Of a DNA stretch of 38,781 nt, positions 17,493-35,121 are shown piece after piece. The translations under genes were made by a program, and so were the position numbers. The stretch covers positions 1-38,781 of the forward strand of contig JBGCFM010000075.1 of the NCBI GenBank assembly GCA_045106895.1, in the 5' to 3' direction. A model generated the notes under the pieces. It was not told the origin of the DNA. It was given only the letters and a program-made list of their open reading frames with translations, and did not search any database. Position 1 is the stretch's first letter, and every line of letters begins with the position of its first letter. Source of the DNA: Polyangiales bacterium. GTDB taxonomy: Bacteria > Myxococcota_A > Polyangia > Polyangiales > Houyiibacteriaceae.

Positions 17493-19319
17493 AACCAGCG
17501 CGTCCTGAACAATCTCATAGCCACGCGGTGAGAGAATCGACTCCGGATGAAACTGGACGCTGTAGAACCCGGGCCCGCGCAGGGCGTGAACCTCTCCGTT
17601 GTCCTCGTTCGCCGAAAACTCGACGCCCTCCAGCTCAGCCCGGATCGCGCAGAACGTGTTGTAAAATCCGACCCGTTCTTTTCGACCAAAGAGGTCGATG
17701 ACCGCCTGAGTTCCTTGCACGGGCACGTCCTTGTTGATGACGGGGAGGCCCAATTCGCGGGAAAGGATCTGGTGGGAGAGACACTCTGCGAAGAAGGGAC
17801 GGCCAGACTTCAGACGTCGCTGGATGGCCCCACGCAGTGTCGCAATCTTCGGCGAATCCATGTCCGAAGGGTCGCCCGGCCCCGGCCCGAAGATCACAAG
17901 GTCTTCTGTATCGGCAAAGTCCTTGTAGGAAACAACGGAGACCTGCGCGCCCATCTGTTGCACCAAGCGCCCAAGCATTCGCGAGAAGCCGTCCTCGGCA
18001 TCGACGATGGTAACTGGCACTCCGCGAAGCTCCGGCACTTCGTTGTAGCTGACACTCTGGGGTTCAAACCAGAAGCGCGAGAGGTAGAGGTTTCGGTGTT
18101 GCAGACTGATCTGCACGGCCTCGGGATCGACGTAGTCGAGTAGCTTTGGATACTCCGGCGCTGGGTGCCCAGCGGATTTGAGCGCCGCGAGAACGGCTGC
18201 GATCTTCGCTTCGGTTTCCTCCACCTCGGACTTGGGATCCGAATTCCGAACCAGCGTCGCGCCGACACGGATCTCGAGTTGCCCAGCATCGTCGATCTCC
18301 ATCGTTCGAATGGTGATCGGCGCATCCAGTGTGCGAGCCCCACTCTCGTCCTGACCGAGGAGTGCGATGGTAGCTCCGTAGTAGGAACGTGACTCCTTCT
18401 CGTAGCGTCGAATCGTACGAAACGCACTCTGCACCGGGCTGCCAGTCACCGTCGGTGCGTACATCGACTCACGCAGGAGCTCATGGAGCCCCCGGCGGGT
18501 CTTCCCGAGCAACAAGTACTCGGTATGAATGAGCTTCGACATCTCCTTGAGAAGCGGCCCAACGATGGCGCCCCCCTGATCGCAGATCTCGCACATGATC
18601 TTCAGCTCTTCGTCCGTCACCATGAAGAGTTCGAAGACTTCCTTCTCGTCTTCGAGGAAGTCTAAGAAGCGTTTCTGCTCGGCCGGTGAGACGCTTGGCG
18701 TCTTTCGGAAGGTGCCGCTGATGGGATTCATCATCGTCGTCTCGCCGGTCACGCTGAGGTGCCGTTCCGGCGTCGCGCCAAGAACCATTCGCCCGCCGCC
18801 GCCGAAGATGAACGTCCAGTAGGTGCCGTACTCGTTCACGAGAAGCGAGCGAAAGATGGCGAGGGCGCTTTCCGGTGTGAACCCTTCGATCTTCGCGGCA
18901 CAGCGACGAGCGACGACAAAATTCGCACCCACACCGCAGCCAATCTCATCGCGAACGATGCGCCGAATCGTATCTTCGTACTCCTCGGCGCTCGAATCAA
19001 ACTCGAAGTCCGTCGTGACGACGGGCATCGAGGGCAACGCTTCGAGCACCTCCTCGATCGGAAAGAACTCGGCCTTCTCGATCTTTAGGTACTCGATGGT
19101 CTCGCCATCGTCATGGACTTCAAACCCGCGCTCACGCGCCTGGGAGAAAGGGATCAGACTCACGGAATGAAACGGGCAGTTCGGCGGCAGGGGCGCATCA
19201 AGCGGGATCTCCGAGACCTCTTTGAGCGAACGCAACGAGCCCGTGCAGAGCCAAACGCCTTGCTCGTTCTTGCGGCGAAATGCGAAGAAAGGGCGCGAAG
19301 AATCGATGGAGAAGCTCAT
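17478..19319 (-). CDS. PhzE-like fused anthranilate / 2-amino-2-deoxyisochorismate synthase (TrpE-TrpG order)
   Basis: GANFV, YWTF, GATPERH, MNPISGTFR, ELFMVTDEELKIM, HTEY, APTVTGSP; C-terminal GATase DAEDGF, GPGPGDP, CLSHQ, GFYNTF, QFHPES. Confidence 0.88.
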   Translation of the reverse strand: MSFSIDSSRPFFAFRRKNEQGVWLCTGSLRSLKEVSEIPLDAPLPPNCPFHSVSLIPFSQARERGFEVHDDGETIEYLKIEKAEFFPIEEVLEALPSMPVVTTDFEFDSSAEEYEDTIRRIVRDEIGCGVGANFVVARRCAAKIEGFTPESALAIFRSLLVNEYGTYWTFIFGGGGRMVLGATPERHLSVTGETTMMNPISGTFRKTPSVSPAEQKRFLDFLEDEKEVFELFMVTDEELKIMCEICDQGGAIVGPLLKEMSKLIHTEYLLLGKTRRGLHELLRESMYAPTVTGSPVQSAFRTIRRYEKESRSYYGATIALLGQDESGARTLDAPITIRTMEIDDAGQLEIRVGATLVRNSDPKSEVEETEAKIAAVLAALKSAGHPAPEYPKLLDYVDPEAVQISLQHRNLYLSRFWFEPQSVSYNEVPELRGVPVTIVDAEDGFSRMLGRLVQQMGAQVSVVSYKDFADTEDLVIFGPGPGDPSDMDSPKIATLRGAIQRRLKSGRPFFAECLSHQILSRELGLPVINKDVPVQGTQAVIDLFGRKERVGFYNTFCAIRAELEGVEFSANEDNGEVHALRGPGFYSVQFHPESILSPRGYEIVQDALVSLLR

Positions 19320-19479
19320 CGCTTGTTCCTACCACGGCGCCTGCAAAGCGACGGGATCTACTGTCACTCGTCAGCGAATGACTTCGCGAGTGCGTCATTC
19401 AGAGCCACCGCGGCAAGGCGCGACGAAGGAATATCAGCTGCGCCAAGGCGAGCGAGATCCCTCCGCTCTGAATCACGTG

Positions 19480-21009
19480 CTAGACGAGCAGTCCGGGCAA
19501 CGGGGCGTCACAGCTGGCGTCCATCGCGTCTTGGTCATACTGCATCGCGCTCCAAGCCGGGTTGGGGGCCATTGCGCTGAAGGCACGCCGGCCTTCCTGC
19601 TGCCACTCGCTGCGGGGAATGCCAAAGGCGTCCAGGTAGCTCGTCGTCCATTGGAAAAAACACGCGCCGGGTCCGCGACCTACGTTGGCGAAGCGTCGCT
19701 GCGCATCTGGGAACGCCATCGCGTTGCGGTTACGAAGATCGAAGTAGCGACCCGTATGCATGGCGCCACCGGCACTGCCGGCGCTCAACACAGGGATCGA
19801 GTCACCTTGGTGCGTGGATGCGCCGGCCTCATGAGCCCACCAAACAAGACTGTTGTCGAGAATCGTCCCGCTGCCTTCGTTCAGTGCATCGAGCTTGGAC
19901 ACCAGGTCGAGGAAGCCCTGACGAAAGAAGCCCACGTTTGTATCGCGCATCAAGCCACCGAGGCGCATTAGCCTGCTGGTGTCTCCGTCAAGGCTGTTGG
20001 CCGCGTGCGCCACCTCATGGAAGCCGCCGGCGCTGTCCATGCCATCGACAAACTCCTGCGTAGTACCAATCACCGCCACGCGACTGCTGTCACACATGAA
20101 GGCGGCAACAATAATGTCGTTGATCACCGAGCAGCTTGAGCGCTGGTAGATTCCCGAGACGCTGTTGATTCCCCCCGGACGAGTCACGTCACCGCAGAGG
20201 CTACCCACCCCGGCGTTGAGAGAGGATTGAATGTCGCTCAAGTGGTCCATGTATTGGGTGAGGCGTTCACGATCCGCCGAGCCCAGACGAGCGCCAACGG
20301 GCGAGGCCCCGGAACGGAGACGCTCGTAACTTGCGTACACCGCATCGATGGGCGGACGCCGCGCTCCTCCATCGCTGGGAGGGACATACACAGCGTCGAA
20401 GATCGAACTCGGTGATGCTTCCTCGCTGCTTCGAAATCCACCCGCCGCTCCCTGGGAGCGGTCTCTGTATTCGATGGCCATGGCGTGATAGCCAAAGTAG
20501 AGCGTGCGCCGACGCGGAGTCCCCGGATAGAAGCCAGGCGAGTGCGCGATGATCTGGTCCGCCGTGAGTTGCTCTGGTGGCGTCTCAGAGTGATTGTTTG
20601 AAAGACGACCGTAGTTGCCGAGCACGTGTCGTGCGTGCCCGTAGTAAAACGGTACATCGAGCCCCCGGAATAGATTCATCTTCGAAACTAAGGCTGGGCT
20701 CAGCTCCGCCGCAGGCGCCCGAAGCGCGGCGCTGATTACGCGGTCCGCGCCTTGCTCCGTCGACCGAAGCTCACCGCGATGAACCGTGTGAAGCGGGTGC
20801 TCCATCTCGATGGACGCTTGGTCTTCGCTGGGGAACATCTCGTTCTGCCACACGCCGCCGTGTGGCGTCTGGATGGCAACCATGCGCTTCGGCGCTTCCT
20901 CCTGAGCGGATGCCCGCCCCCGCATCAAACTCGAGAGCGCAGGGACCGCCAGCCAAGCGCCTCCCGCACCGGCAAGAAAGAAGCGACGTCCAATCTTCCT
21001 GATGGTCAT
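19480..21009 (-). CDS. DUF1552 family protein with a Tat signal
   Basis: IGRRFFLAGAGG...P.L..L signal, PKRMV, TADQIIA, AAFMCDSSRV, HEVAH, GTILDNSLV, H....IP...AGSAGG; coupled to the DUF1592 gene. Confidence 0.85.
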   Translation of the reverse strand: MTIRKIGRRFFLAGAGGAWLAVPALSSLMRGRASAQEEAPKRMVAIQTPHGGVWQNEMFPSEDQASIEMEHPLHTVHRGELRSTEQGADRVISAALRAPAAELSPALVSKMNLFRGLDVPFYYGHARHVLGNYGRLSNNHSETPPEQLTADQIIAHSPGFYPGTPRRRTLYFGYHAMAIEYRDRSQGAAGGFRSSEEASPSSIFDAVYVPPSDGGARRPPIDAVYASYERLRSGASPVGARLGSADRERLTQYMDHLSDIQSSLNAGVGSLCGDVTRPGGINSVSGIYQRSSCSVINDIIVAAFMCDSSRVAVIGTTQEFVDGMDSAGGFHEVAHAANSLDGDTSRLMRLGGLMRDTNVGFFRQGFLDLVSKLDALNEGSGTILDNSLVWWAHEAGASTHQGDSIPVLSAGSAGGAMHTGRYFDLRNRNAMAFPDAQRRFANVGRGPGACFFQWTTSYLDAFGIPRSEWQQEGRRAFSAMAPNPAWSAMQYDQDAMDASCDAPLPGLLV

Positions 21010-22745
21010 TCTGCATTCTCCGCGCGCACCCGAAACCCGGGGTCCAACACCACTGTGGAGAGCAACTCCCGCAGCGGCATGTTTCCGTCGATTCCCTCAT
21101 CGACGGCTCGAAGCAAACACCCGTCGTCCGTCACACTCTCGCTCCGCCCGAGACTAAAGCGGACGTAGTGACGTGCGAAGCAAGCGCCGACCTTGCCGGT
21201 GTTGTACAGCGCTCCAGCCAAGGCAGCCCCGCCCGCGAGGCCCCCCTCGGGTGCCTCGCGTATGTCGACGCGGTCATTTACAGCCAGGACCATGGTCTGA
21301 TTCCCGTCGCTATCGAAGAGGGGCTCTTCGTCACGGAGCTGGCCGATCGGGTCAAAACGCTCCAGCGCATATCCAGCACCGTTAATTCGCCCGTGACATC
21401 CGCCGCAGGCGGGTGAGCCCGTTAGCACATCCGTTGCCTCGCGTGATCCCATCCGCGTTCGGTCGATGGGCGGCAAGTTGTCCATCGCGCCACCAGGCGC
21501 TTCGGGCAGGTCGTCACAGACGATTTGCCGACGGACGAACACACCGCGGAGAATGGGATGGGTAATCGAGTTGATGTTCGGAAGCGCGACCTCCGCGCGG
21601 GTCAACAGAAGCCCCACACGAGTCAAGATGCTGTGTCGTTCCGCAGGAAGCGCCACGGGCTCGCCGGTGCTCGGCTGCACGCCGTAGATGCTCGCGAGCA
21701 CGGGATGCGTCGTCGTGGTCACTTCGCTCAGGAAGAAGTCTTCAAAGGTCCCTCCGGAGCGCAGCGTATGCATGAAGAGGTCAACGATTTCATTTTCAAC
21801 GGCCTGGTCGAAGGTCCAGTCAAGGTTCAGGTCACCCGCGATGACATCAAAATCCGGGCCTGCTCCCGTCGATGCTCGGTTCATCTGGTCGAAACGAAAC
21901 CACTCCAGCAAGAACGAACGCATCGTGTCTCTCGTGCGTGGATGAGCGACGACGCGTTCCACTTGGCTGCTCCACCCTTCGCTCGTCATCAAGGCCCCGG
22001 TCTCCGCGGCGTCCATCAGCGCCTCGTCCGGCATCGAGTTCCAGAACTGGTAGCTCAACCTCGACGCAGCCTCATACGGGTCCAGCTCCCCCTCCCCTTC
22101 GACATGAAAGAGAAAGTACGGTTGTGTGAAGAGAACGGTCAGGAGGTCGGTGAGCGCGGCGCGCTCGATGGGGGCTGCTTCCCCGTACACCTCGTCACGA
22201 AAGAACGCCCGCGTCTCCGCGTCTAGAGGTCGTCGATGGGTCAGACGCCCTACACGCTCGATGATCTGATCGATGCAGGCGTCGTCGTTGCTCACGTCCG
22301 CGTCGACGGCACATTCGAAACCCATCTGTTGGAGCCTCGCGTCTGTGGACAGCGCCGCGCCGATGGCGACACCGAGCCGATAGTTGGCGTCGACGCCCAC
22401 GGCACCGACGGACGTGTCAGAGCGCGTAAAGAGCTTCTGTCCGGGCTGCGTGTTGTGGGCAAGTCGCTGGTCTTGAGGCGTCGCCGCGAGCGCGCTTTCA
22501 AGATCCCCCAAGACCCCGAGGGCGGCCCCTTCGCCAACGAGTCGAATCATCACTTCGCCAACGGTGTTCTCCAGTTGGAGCCGGGAGAGTCGCCGGAGTG
22601 GCGGATCACGTGGCGTATCCGTCGAACACGCAAAGTCCGCTTCGCCGTCGTCGACGGAAACCGGCGGGGGTGTCCAGTCGAGGGGACCGTTCCCGATGAC
22701 CCCTTCACACGCACCCAGTAACACGACAATAAGCAGGCATCTCAC
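21006..22745 (-). CDS. DUF1587/1595/1592/1588/1585 (PSD/PSCyt) lipoprotein with a CxxCH heme motif
   Basis: LLGAC lipobox after GTG 22745 (track gives 22817); LRRLSR, YEAASRLSYQFWNSMPD, HPILRG, CGGCH, GYALERFD.IG, CFARH. Confidence 0.88.
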   Translation of the reverse strand: MRCLLIVVLLGACEGVIGNGPLDWTPPPVSVDDGEADFACSTDTPRDPPLRRLSRLQLENTVGEVMIRLVGEGAALGVLGDLESALAATPQDQRLAHNTQPGQKLFTRSDTSVGAVGVDANYRLGVAIGAALSTDARLQQMGFECAVDADVSNDDACIDQIIERVGRLTHRRPLDAETRAFFRDEVYGEAAPIERAALTDLLTVLFTQPYFLFHVEGEGELDPYEAASRLSYQFWNSMPDEALMDAAETGALMTSEGWSSQVERVVAHPRTRDTMRSFLLEWFRFDQMNRASTGAGPDFDVIAGDLNLDWTFDQAVENEIVDLFMHTLRSGGTFEDFFLSEVTTTTHPVLASIYGVQPSTGEPVALPAERHSILTRVGLLLTRAEVALPNINSITHPILRGVFVRRQIVCDDLPEAPGGAMDNLPPIDRTRMGSREATDVLTGSPACGGCHGRINGAGYALERFDPIGQLRDEEPLFDSDGNQTMVLAVNDRVDIREAPEGGLAGGAALAGALYNTGKVGACFARHYVRFSLGRSESVTDDGCLLRAVDEGIDGNMPLRELLSTVVLDPGFRVRAENAE

Positions 22746-22813
22746 CGGCGAACTATAGCGCAATAATCGGCGGCAAACCTCCCAGGCTTCACCTCTGAGT
22801 CGGACACCTTGGC

Positions 22814-25618
22814 TCACCCAAGAACGTCCAGCGAGAAGACGCCGTCTACACCTTCGAGTTGAAACCCAGTCGCCCCGGCGCGCGCAAGAATGGACCGAAG
22901 CGGCCCAGGAGGAGCGGGCATCGCCTTGCTCCCCAATCGTGCGCTCATCGGTCCAGACTTGTCGATGGTGGCTGCCACGTGCGCCACGAGCTCTCCTGAA
23001 TCCAGTCGAGTCAGCAAGGGTTTCCCGGCTGCCGAAGAGGCCACCAGGAGTCCAGGGTGGTGAGACATGGAAGCGCGAAGCAACTCCGACTCACCCCGAC
23101 TCGCCGCCCGTTCGACGCTCAAGCCCGTAGCCCACGCGTGAAGGAGCCCGATCGCACCCGGCGTGAAGATAAAGCACTCCTCCTGCGGGCCTTTTGGGTT
23201 TACCCACAGACGTGTGTACTTGCGCGGGTCGAAATACCCGAGCAGCTGCACTGGATTTATCTCACCTGCATAAACCCCGAGAGTCGCGTGCACCGCCTGT
23301 GCACGCGTAGCTGCCACCGCGTCCGTAAAGACCCACAGTTCTCCCGGTGGAAATGCCTGTGTCTCGGACAGGACAAGGCCCTTTTTCGCGACCTGCCTGG
23401 GCGGCAGAAGCAGGCCCGGCACAAGGTAGTGCTGGTAGCTCATCAACCCGCGGAGCGCGGCGTTCTGGTCTACTTCCTTCGCAGCGAACCGCCGCAAAAG
23501 CTCACGCAGCGCCAAGCCAGCCCTCTCTCGGCCCCCGATCTTCGGCGGAGGATTTCGTGTGGATGGCGCCGGCGCCGGCGCAATCTGTTTCCCAGCGTTC
23601 GGCTTCTCCGTGCTGGCCTCCCCTTTCGCGAAGTGATGGTTGAGGATGAGGTTTCCGCGTAAGTCCGCGTCTTCGGGTCGCACCTCGCGAGCCGCAAAGA
23701 AGTCCGCGTCGCCGCGCACGAAGTCCTTCTGCATCGAGTGGATAGAGCCGCGATTAATTCGAGCCAGCACATAGTCGGGCTTCAGCGCGATCGCCCGGTC
23801 GTAACACGCCAGCGCGCCGGCCGTGTCCCGCAGCGCCTCAAGGTGCCGCCCCTTGCTACAAAGAAACGTCGGAAGGTCCGGCTCATCTTTGAGAACCAAG
23901 TCCGCGAGCTGAACGCCTTGCCTCGGCTCGGCCGAATACACGGCGGCGTACTTTGGGTGGTCCGCGTCGACGTTAGGCGTTTCCATGGACGCGCCATGTT
24001 CAGAGATTGCGCCGCGAATAAACGGCGGCGCGTCGAGACGAAAGACCTTCACGGCATCTCGGTACACCATCGCTTCATGTCGCGTGTCTGGCGGGATGGC
24101 AAAATGGATTGAAGTCGCCGCCGCCAAGAGCTGAGCGGCTCGGTCTTGACCGGCGACAAATGCATCAAGAACCGTTCGGCTCGCAGTGGCGTCTTCCTCT
24201 TCCACAATCTGGCGAAGTTTCGGCAAGTTGTGTTCGCCATGGTCGTTGGCGGAGTAGCCGAGAGGTGGCCAGACCATCCAGCGAGCGACTTTGCGCGCTA
24301 GTTCGTGATGTTCCGCGGCCAAGTCCAAGCCGCGCACATGCTCCTCGCATAGCCACGGCACGGCGCGGTCCATTCGGTCGCGCTGCCGTCCGATCATATC
24401 GTGGTTCGTTTCCGCCCAGCTGTTGTTCTGAAAGATCGTCGACAACCCATACCAAGGCACCATCGCGCTCCCGAGACCGGACCCTCCAAGCCAACGAATC
24501 CCGTGGAACGTAGGCAGGGCTTTCGGCGGCCGAATCAAGCGCTCGAGATCCTTGGCCGTGTCGAGGCGGTAGCGAATCGGCGCCGTCACCACGAGCTTCG
24601 TCGCCGTTTCACGATCCACCTTCATCTTCATCTCTTCGAAGGCGCGCTGAAAGAGGTCCGCTAAGTACTCCGCGACCCAGTCTAAGTTCTTGGCTAACCC
24701 TGGCGCCCGCCGGATTGGTTTGAGAATTTCTTCCACGGCCCAGAGCGACGCGAAGCTCCCATCCAATTTGTAAACGCCACCAAGACGCCGTTCGAGTTCG
24801 ACCCTCTCCGGCGTCGCCAACGCTGACTCCTCAGGTGCATCTGGTTCGGCGTCGGGCGCGCTCAACGCATCAAAGAGGCGCGTAAACTCAGCGTTCGACG
24901 TTTCACTTTGAACAACCCTCGTCGCCTCACCCCGCCTGGTCGCGAGCATAAACGCGTTGACCTTTGTCTGGCCGGCGGGACGAGCAGAGAGAAGCTCGAA
25001 GGTCATCCGGCTCTCGACGGCGACCTGATGTTGAGCGAGAGACTCGACCGCCGCGGCGTGCTCGCCAAGCTCTGCAAGCTTGCGGCGGACAGTGGTGAGC
25101 GCTGTTCCCTCGCAACGTATGAGCATCACTGACTCGGGTGCAATCCATTGAGGCCCGAGCGTGTTTGTTGCGAAACAAAGGTAGGAGTTATCCAGCGTCG
25201 CGGCGGCGGCCCAGGCACGCACCTGATTCGAACACTGGGATGCCAAACGCTCACTCGCTGGGGAGGACGGCTCTACTCTCCCTGACGTCTCAAAGCGTCG
25301 ATAGGACACAGATCCGTTCTCGCGCTTCATGAGCGAGAGCTCCTGCCGCGCCATACCGGCGGCGGATACATCTTCGCCCATCGCTGAGTCGAAGAGCCCC
25401 GCAAACTCCGTCGCGTGAGCAGGCGGTAGGTCTACGTCACCGAAGGCCCAGCGACCCACCTGATGAAAATCATCCGGAAAGTTCTCCCACCCCATCGTCA
25501 CGCCTCGAAGCGTCACTCGAAAGCAGTGCGTGCCGTGAACCCCGGAGACAGCAACGAAACGCTCCCCTTCTTTCAAGTTCTCGGCGGCTGTTTCCAGGTG
25601 CGGAGGGATGTTCATCAT
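22814..25618 (-). CDS. Large multidomain hypothetical protein with TPR repeats and a possible SseB-like C-terminal domain
   Basis: Long ORF; TPR-like ALACYDRAIALKPDY..ARINRG; LWVFTD...LWVNP pattern; start moved to ATG 25618 because the track start (25717) lies inside the rpoC terminator. Confidence 0.7.
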   Translation of the reverse strand: MMNIPPHLETAAENLKEGERFVAVSGVHGTHCFRVTLRGVTMGWENFPDDFHQVGRWAFGDVDLPPAHATEFAGLFDSAMGEDVSAAGMARQELSLMKRENGSVSYRRFETSGRVEPSSPASERLASQCSNQVRAWAAAATLDNSYLCFATNTLGPQWIAPESVMLIRCEGTALTTVRRKLAELGEHAAAVESLAQHQVAVESRMTFELLSARPAGQTKVNAFMLATRRGEATRVVQSETSNAEFTRLFDALSAPDAEPDAPEESALATPERVELERRLGGVYKLDGSFASLWAVEEILKPIRRAPGLAKNLDWVAEYLADLFQRAFEEMKMKVDRETATKLVVTAPIRYRLDTAKDLERLIRPPKALPTFHGIRWLGGSGLGSAMVPWYGLSTIFQNNSWAETNHDMIGRQRDRMDRAVPWLCEEHVRGLDLAAEHHELARKVARWMVWPPLGYSANDHGEHNLPKLRQIVEEEDATASRTVLDAFVAGQDRAAQLLAAATSIHFAIPPDTRHEAMVYRDAVKVFRLDAPPFIRGAISEHGASMETPNVDADHPKYAAVYSAEPRQGVQLADLVLKDEPDLPTFLCSKGRHLEALRDTAGALACYDRAIALKPDYVLARINRGSIHSMQKDFVRGDADFFAAREVRPEDADLRGNLILNHHFAKGEASTEKPNAGKQIAPAPAPSTRNPPPKIGGRERAGLALRELLRRFAAKEVDQNAALRGLMSYQHYLVPGLLLPPRQVAKKGLVLSETQAFPPGELWVFTDAVAATRAQAVHATLGVYAGEINPVQLLGYFDPRKYTRLWVNPKGPQEECFIFTPGAIGLLHAWATGLSVERAASRGESELLRASMSHHPGLLVASSAAGKPLLTRLDSGELVAHVAATIDKSGPMSARLGSKAMPAPPGPLRSILARAGATGFQLEGVDGVFSLDVLG

Positions 25619-25689
25619 CCATCGTCGCACAGCACTTTCGCGAAGCTCAAGCGTCAAGCGCGTCATTGGCGACGGACCTCGACACAACG

Positions 25690-25720
25690 AAAAACGGGCG
25701 CTGTCCGAAGACAGCACCCG
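25690..25720 (-). terminator. Intrinsic terminator of the rpoBC operon
   Basis: Minus strand CGGGTGCTGTC-TTCG-GACAGCGCCCG-TTTTT (cUUCGg loop), about 40 nt after the rpoC stop. Confidence 0.9.
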
Positions 25721-25761
25721 CCCTTCTCATCGTCTGGCCTTCAAGAAGGCCGACGTCTGCT

Positions 25762-29916
<4,155 letters not shown>

Positions 29917-30009
29917 GGGTCCTACGCTCGCTTTTTGAGCCACTGCGATAGCAGCTCGGAATCTTGTTACTTACAGGGGTGTGGATTGAACGCGGCGCTC
30001 GCCGCGTGG

Positions 30010-30045
30010 GGTCGTCGACTCTCCTCCGCAGAGGAGAGGACGACC
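30010..30045 (-). other. Stable hairpin in the rpoB-rpoC spacer
   Basis: GGTCGTC / GACGACC outer stem plus CTCTCCTC / GAGGAGAG inner stem, UGCG loop on the mRNA strand; no U-tract. Confidence 0.6.
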
Positions 30046-30053
30046 GGGCTGCA

Positions 30054-34199
<4,146 letters not shown>

Positions 34200-34646
34200 T
34201 GCGATGGAGCTCCTATCCCCGCTGCTCGTTGCGAGGGGTCTAGCCGTCTGCGGGCCAGTGTCGAAAATGTCTAAGGAAGGACGTGTTGCTGGCTCATTCA
34301 CCAGCTTTATAAGAATCTAAGTTTGAAGGTGAGGCGCCTGGGGCGCCGAGGGAACTTCCGAAAAGTTCCCTATAGGAAATATCGCTCGTCGTAGAAAATG
34401 CGGAAGAAACGCGGATGGCGGCCACGAACACCGGGTAAACCGGGTCCGGACCGCCTGCGATTCATTGGGCTATTGAAAACCCCTGGGTCGAGAGAGTCCA
34501 TCCGCTAAGGACGCCCACGCTGCACGCTTCTTGCACCACCAAGGCCGAGACCCTAGCCGCAGACTCGGTGGTGTCAAGTAGTGTGCCAGGAGTACTTTCC
34601 AGAGTCGTGCCGAAGCCCGACCCTGGGAAAGTACCCACCCGCCAAA

Positions 34647-35024
34647 TCACTTGATGGTGACCTTGGCGCCTGCAGCTTCGAGCTTCTTCTTGATCTCTTC
34701 GGCTTCGTCCTTGCCGCAGCCTTCCTTGAAGACCTTTGGAGCCGCTTCGACGAGGCTCTTGGCGTCTGCAAGTCCGAGGGACGTGAGCTCGCGGATGACC
34801 TTAATGGTCGCGATCTTCTTAGGACCAGCGTCGGTGAGCTCGATGTCGAACTCGGTCTGCTCTTCCTTGTCCTCTGCTGGGCCAGGACCAGCAGGACCGG
34901 CGACAGCGACAGGTGCCGCCGAAACGCCCCAGTGCTCTTCAAGCGCCTTCACGAGGCCTGCAACCTCCATGACGGACCAGCTGCTGAGTTCCTCGATCAT
35001 CTTCTCTTGAGTCATGTTAGCCAT
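34647..35024 (-). CDS. rplL: 50S ribosomal protein L7/L12
   Basis: GVSAA hinge, [27 protein letters not shown]; synteny. Confidence 0.98.
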   Translation of the reverse strand: MANMTQEKMIEELSSWSVMEVAGLVKALEEHWGVSAAPVAVAGPAGPGPAEDKEEQTEFDIELTDAGPKKIATIKVIRELTSLGLADAKSLVEAAPKVFKEGCGKDEAEEIKKKLEAAGAKVTIK

Positions 35025-35121
35025 TTGATTTCTCCGATATCGCCGCGACCTGCTTCAAGCCGCGGAAAGTTTGTTTGTGTTATGGGTTTTGGTTTTGATT
35101 GTTTGTTGGAAGCGACGGCGA

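Noticed and set aside
17478..19319. Phenazine biosynthesis cluster
   Set aside because: Only a PhzE-like gene is present; no phzA/B, phzD, phzF or phzG homologue is recognisable in the window
19320..19479. Classical trp attenuator leader peptide upstream of the PhzE/TrpEG-like gene
   Set aside because: No short ORF with tandem Trp codons and no terminator U-tract on the minus strand
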